The notes under the pieces were generated by a model. That model was not told where the DNA came from. It saw only the letters and a list, made by a program, of their open reading frames with translations, and searched no databases. Positions 20,163-25,545 of a DNA stretch of 25,545 nucleotides are shown here, piece after piece (the stretch's first letter is position 1; each line of letters starts with the position of its first letter). Both the position numbers and the translations under genes were made by a program. Source of the stretch: Macrostomum lignano (taxonomy: Eukaryota). The stretch is taken from assembly GCA_002269645.1 (NCBI GenBank), contig NIVC01000962.1, positions 372,226 to 397,770 of the forward strand, in the 5' to 3' direction.

Positions 20163-23100
20163 ATTTTATGTTTGACATGGTGGCTCTTTAATGTTTGATT
20201 CGGGTTTTTTTTTATTGTCTGACATGGTGTCTGTTTATTGTTTGACATAGTGGCTCTTTTATGTTTGACATGGTGGTTCTTTTATGTTCGACATGGTGGC
20301 TCTTTTATGCTTGACATGGTGGCTCTTTACTGTTTGACATGGAGTCACATATATGTTTGACATGGTGGCTCTTTTATGTTTGACATGGGGGCTCTTAACT
20401 GTTTGACATGGAGTCACATATATGTTTGACATGGTGGCTCTTTTATGTTTGACATGGTGGCTCTTTAATGTTTGACATGGTAGGTCTTTATTGTTTGACA
20501 TGGTAGCTCTTTTATGTTTGACTCGGTGGCTCTTTAATGTTCAATATGGTGGCTCTTTAATGTTCGACATGGTGGCTATTTTATGTTTGGCATGGTGGCT
20601 CTTTTATGTTTGACATGGTGGCTCTTTAATGTTTTACGTGGTGGCTCTTGAATGTTTGATATGGTGGCTCTTGAATGTTTGACATGGTGGCTCTTGAATG
20701 TTTGACATGATGCCTCTTGAATGTTTGACATGGTAGGTCTTTAATGTTTGACATGGTAGCTCTTTAATGTTTGACTTGGTGGCTCTTTAATGTTCGATAT
20801 GGTGGCTCTTTAATGTTTGACATGGTGGTTCTTTAATGTTCGACATGGTGGCTCTTTTATGTTTGGCATGGTGACTCTTTAATGTTCGACATGGTGGCTC
20901 TTTAACATTTGACATGGTGGCTCTTGAATGTTTGACATGGTGGCTCTTTAAAATTTGACATGGAGTCACCTATATGTTTTACATGGTGGCTCTTTTATGT
21001 TCGACATGGTGGCTCTTTAATGTTCGCCACGTTTGTCATCAGGTTTTTCATGTTTGAGTCACGTATATGTTTGACATGGTGGCTCTTTAATGTTTGGCAT
21101 GGTGGCTCTTTTATGTTTGACATGGTGGCTCTTTTATGTTTGACATGATGGCTCTTTAATGTTTGACATGATAGCTCTTTTATGTTTGACATGGTGGCTC
21201 TTTAATGTTTGACATGGTGGCCCTTGAATGTTCGACATGGAGTCATGTATATGTTTGACATGGTGGCTCTTTGATGTTTGACATGGTGGCTCTTTAATTT
21301 TCGACATGCCGGCTCATTAGTGTTTTACATTATGATTATTTAATGTTTGACATAGTGGCTCTTTAAAGTTCGACATGGTGGCTCTTTAATGTTCGACATG
21401 GTGGCTCTTTTATGTTTGACATGATGGCTCTTTTATGTTTGATATGGTGGCTCTTTAATGTTTTACGTGGTGGCTCTTTAATGTTCTTCATGGTAGCTCT
21501 TTTATGTTTGACATGGAGTCACATATATGTTGGACATGGTGGCTCTTTAATGTTCGACATGGTGGCTCTTTAATGTTTGACATGCTGGCTCTATAATGTT
21601 TGACATGGAGTCACATATATGTTGGACATGGTGGCTCTTTGATGTTTGACATGGTGGCTCTTTAATTTTCGACATGCCGGCTCATTAGTGTTTTACATTG
21701 TGATTCTTTAATGTTCGACATGGTGGCTCTTTAATGTTTGACATGGTGGCTCTTTAATGTTTGACATGGTGGCTCTTTTTTGTTCGACATGGTGGTTCTT
21801 TAATGTTCGACATGGTGGCTCTTTTATGCTTGACATGGTGGCTCTTTAATGTTAGACATGGTGGCTCTCTATGTTAGACATGGTGGCTCTTTAATGTTAC
21901 ACATGATTTCTCTTCAATGTTTGACATTGCGGCTCTTTAATTTTGACATGGTGGCTCTTTTATGTTTGACATGGTGGCTCCTTTATGTTTGACATGATGG
22001 CTCTTTAATTTTTGACATGGTGGCTCTTTTATGTTGGACATGGTGGCTCTTTAATGTTCGACATGGTGGCTCTTTTACGTTTGACATGGTGGCTCTTTAA
22101 TGTTTGACATGGTGGCTCTTTTTTGTTCGACATAGTGGTTCTTTTATGTTCGACATGGTGGCTCTTTTATGTTTGACATGATGGCTCTTTTATGTTTGAC
22201 ATGATGGCTCTTTTATGTTTGATATGGTGGCTCTTTAATGTTTTACGTGGTGGCTCTTTAATGTTCTTCATGGTAGCTCTTTTATGTTTGACATGGAGTC
22301 ACATATATGTTGGACATGGTGGCTCTTTAATGTTCGACATGGTGGCTCTTTAACATTTGACATGGTGGCTCTTTAATGTTTGACATGGTGGCTCTTTTTT
22401 GTTCGACATGGTGGTTCTTTAATGTTCGACATGGTGGCCCTTGAATGTTCGACATGGAGTCATGTATATGTTTGACATGGTGGCTCTTTGATGTTTGACA
22501 TGGTGGCTCTTTAATTTTCGACATGCCGGCTCATTAATGTTTTACATTGTGATTCTTTAATGTTTGACATAGTGGCTCTTTAAAGTTCGACATAGTGGCT
22601 CTTTAATGTTCGACATGGTGGCTCTTGAATGTCTGACATGGAGTCATGTATATGTTTGACATGGCGGCTCTTTAATGTTTGACATGGTGGCTCTTTAATG
22701 TTTGACATGGTGGCTTATTTATGTTTAACCTGGCCTGGCTCTTTAATGTCTTACATGGAGTCATGTATATGTTTGACATGGCGACTCTTTAATGTTAGAC
22801 ATGGTGGCTCTTTAATGTTTGACATGGTGACTTATTTATGTTTAACCTGGTCTGGCTCTTTAATTTTTAACATCGTGGCTCTTTAATGTTCAACATCGTG
22901 TTTATTTAGTGTTCGACATGGTGGCTCTTTAATGTTTGACATGGTGGCTCTTTTATGTTTGGCATGGTGGTTCTTCAATGTTTGACATGGTGGCTTATTT
23001 ATGTTTAACCTGGCCTGGCTCTTTAATGTCTTACATGGAGTCATGTATATGTTTGACATGGCGACTCTTTAATGTTAGACATGGTGGCTCTTTAATGTTT

Positions 23101-23610
23101 GACATGGTGACTTATTTATGTTTAACCTGGTCTGGCTCTTTAATTTTCAACATCGTGGCTCTTTAATGTTCAACATCGTGTTTATTTAGTGTTCGACATG
23201 GTGGCTCTTTAATGCTTGACATGGTGGCTCTTTAATGTTTGACATGGAGTCATGTATATGTTTGACATGGAGTCATGTATCTGTTTGACATGGAGGCTCT
23301 TTAATGTTCGACATGGTGGCTCTTTAATGTCTGATATGGAGTCACGTATATGTTTGACATGGAGTCACGTATATGTTTGACATGGAGTCACGTATATGTT
23401 TTACATGGTGGCTCTTTTATGTTTGACATGGTGGCTCTTTAATGTTCGAATGGTGGCTCTTTAATGTTCGACATGGTGGCTCTTTAAAGTCTGACATGGA
23501 GTCACGCATATGTTTGACATTGAGTCATGTATATGTTTGACATGGTGGCTCTTTAATGTTTTAGATGGTTGGCTCTTTAATGTTTGACATTGCGCTTCCT
23601 TTATGTTTAG
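20163..23610. repeat. 23-bp minisatellite TTTAATGTTTGACATGGTGGCTC (about 150 copies) with higher-order duplications
   Basis: 3.4-kb array with a second variant GACATGGAGTCA(C/T)(G/A)TATATGTT; explains all small ORFs between 20259 and 23655. Confidence 0.97.
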
Positions 23611-23651
23611 CTTTTTGTGTTTTAGGGTGTTTTGATAAAAAAAATTATTTT

Positions 23652-23720
23652 GCACTACTAAGATTCGAACCTAGGTCGCTACATTAGCAGTCCAGTCTGT
23701 TCGCATCTAGGCTATCTCTT
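23652..23720 (-). mobile_element. tRNA-Ser(GCT)-like relic, probably a SINE head or tRNA pseudogene
   Basis: The minus strand reads TAGCCTAGATGCG (A-box-like), then CTGGA-CTGCTAA-TGTAG (anticodon arm, GCT, 4 of 5 pairs), then CTAGG-TTCGAAT-CTTAG (intact T arm / B box). There is no acceptor stem and no long variable arm. Confidence 0.5.
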
Positions 23721-24491
23721 TTCAATTGGAGAACATGAACTGTTGCCCATATAATTTAATTCTTATAGCAAGTCAATTAGAGTAAAAAGTTATGACATAA
23801 TCAATTTCTCAGTCAGCCAGTATCAGTCTCAGTTCAAGTTAGCAATATTGGTTATGCAATTTAAATCAAGTCGTGTGTACATTTCTTCGGCACTGTTTTC
23901 TACTTGTTATAATGCAATCTTTATCAGAATTGAAATTTAGTCAGTCAGGTTTTTTCTAGCATTCTTACAATGCATTTCAAGTCGAAAATTTTGCTTGACC
24001 TTTGCAAAAAAGCATGTTTTTCGAATATTTAATCTCTTTAATATATAGCAATTTCTTAGCCAAGATGCATGTACCGTCCCAGGAGAATTTCTGATCGAAT
24101 GGTGCAAGTTTGAAGAAAATTTGTTGAGCCAATTTTTCTGAAATCTATCGCATAGCTACAAACAACTCATTTTTAGTATATAGGATAATATAATTAGCTA
24201 GAAAATCAACAAATGCAATAGTCTTAGTCAATAGGACAATATTAGTTATGGATGAAATTAATCTTATCTTAGTATAAAAAATAATATATTTCATTTATGA
24301 CTATGTAGGGCCTATGATTGTATAAAGTCTAGTCCAGGCTAATACTAATATACAATATTCAATAATACACTAAAGGTCAGCCAAGATCTCTATCTCACAA
24401 TTGATACTCTATACCTATTGGAATACATTTTGAAAACATGCAAATGTGTGCTTCAGAATAGAGTCAAATTATTTTACCACACTTTAGGGCC

Positions 24492-24803
24492 TAGAGATGT
24501 TCCAAAAGAGCATTGTCTATCAAAATCTAAATTTGCTAACTTTTTGAAATTGAAATTTTCTAAAATCAAAATTTAGAAAAACAAAGTTTAGTAAGCAATA
24601 AATACTCACTTTTTTACTTTGATATTCTGCTTATGATGCAAAACAAAATATATGCATAGGCCTATTTAGTAGAAATTAGGCCTAGTTTATTTTAGCAACT
24701 TTTTAGACATCTAAAATTTGGACTTTTGATTTTTTTAAATAAAAAATTGCTTTTTAAAATTTAAATTTTGAAAAATTAAAATATAATTTTTGGAACATCT
24801 TTA
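24492..24803. mobile_element. Putative non-autonomous DNA element (MITE-like), 312 bp
   Basis: Terminal inverted repeats TAGAGATGTTCCAAAA (24492-24507) and TTTTGGAACATCTTTA (24788-24803), 15/16 match, with an AT-rich non-coding interior. No clear target-site duplication. Confidence 0.45.
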
Positions 24804-25545
24804 AGCATTGTAACTAACAAGTATATAGGCCCCTTCCACAGAGGTATTAGGCCCCCTTCCATTCCATATATATTTATTTGCTAGAGCAGCAGCCAACAAA
24901 AAAGGGCAGTGCATAGGCCTATGCAGGCGCTGCATGTCTATGTATGCATTGTGCTTTAGAAAAATTTCAAAAGTGCACTAGATGCTATCTGCAGTTTTAC
25001 AACTTTATCTTATACTCAAGATTTTTACTTCTTTCTCAATTGAATCTTGATATAAAAAGTGACAAGAATCTGAGATATAAAATAAAGTAAAATAAAGAGC
25101 CTTAGACTAAATGTATTGTAAATATCAATCTTCTGAATATAGCACAGATTACTTAGACTTAGACATCAGTAGGCCCATAAACAGAATGCAAAATGAATCA
25201 AATTTAGGCCCTAGTGCCAAAAAATCAACTCATAGTGCCACTCATATCAACTTATCAAGGGATTTAGCCATATTTGAAAAAATGATGCACCCAAAAATTT
25301 TCGTGTTTTTTAGGAATTAAAGGTTGTGGTTTTAGCAAAAGTGCAGAAAGCTTACATTTGTTTTCTAAATATATTTTTAAAAAGTATGTATTTGTAGGCT
25401 TACAAAGAGAACTGCTATTTTCAGCTTTTTAGCTTTGTCTTTTTGAATTAAATATCTCGAAATCTCGATCAAATCTCGTATCGTATCGTTCGAAAATGTC
25501 GAATATAGAAAATTTCGAAAATTCAATATCGTCCAACCCTATAAA

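Noticed and set aside
9181-23610. CRISPR-like arrays (regular 23-31-bp repeats)
   Set aside because: The repeats are head-to-tail with no unique spacers, there are no cas genes, and the context is a spliced eukaryotic locus.
25111-25320. 69-aa + strand ORF
   Set aside because: Short, AT-rich, no motif; consistent with chance.

Overview
This is eukaryotic (metazoan, invertebrate-like) genomic DNA; roughly 60% of the window (my manual sum of array lengths) is tandem repeat. There are two spliced minus-strand genes. (1) A complete, intact 7-exon nicotinate phosphoribosyltransferase gene (NAPRT), CDS join 19158-19122, 19022-18852, 18144-17493, 14769-14629, 13238-12884, 10803-10732, 10027-9842, giving 1614 nt / 537 aa with all GT-AG junctions in phase. 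(2) Downstream, an unnamed 4-exon gene (about 4812 to 314, about 375 aa). Its N-terminal half resembles a TRADD-N / DEDD C-terminal-type domain and its C-terminal half is an all-helical region. Its last exon can only be read through three serial single-base frameshifts. Nearly every large intron and intergenic gap holds its own private minisatellite (units of 14-31 bp). Most long ORFs in the supplied track are repeat artefacts. The AT-rich right end has a tRNA-Ser-like relic, a small TIR element and a TAGGCC motif cluster. There are no CRISPR arrays, rRNA genes or prokaryotic features. All protein-family assignments are by eye from memory, not from database searches.
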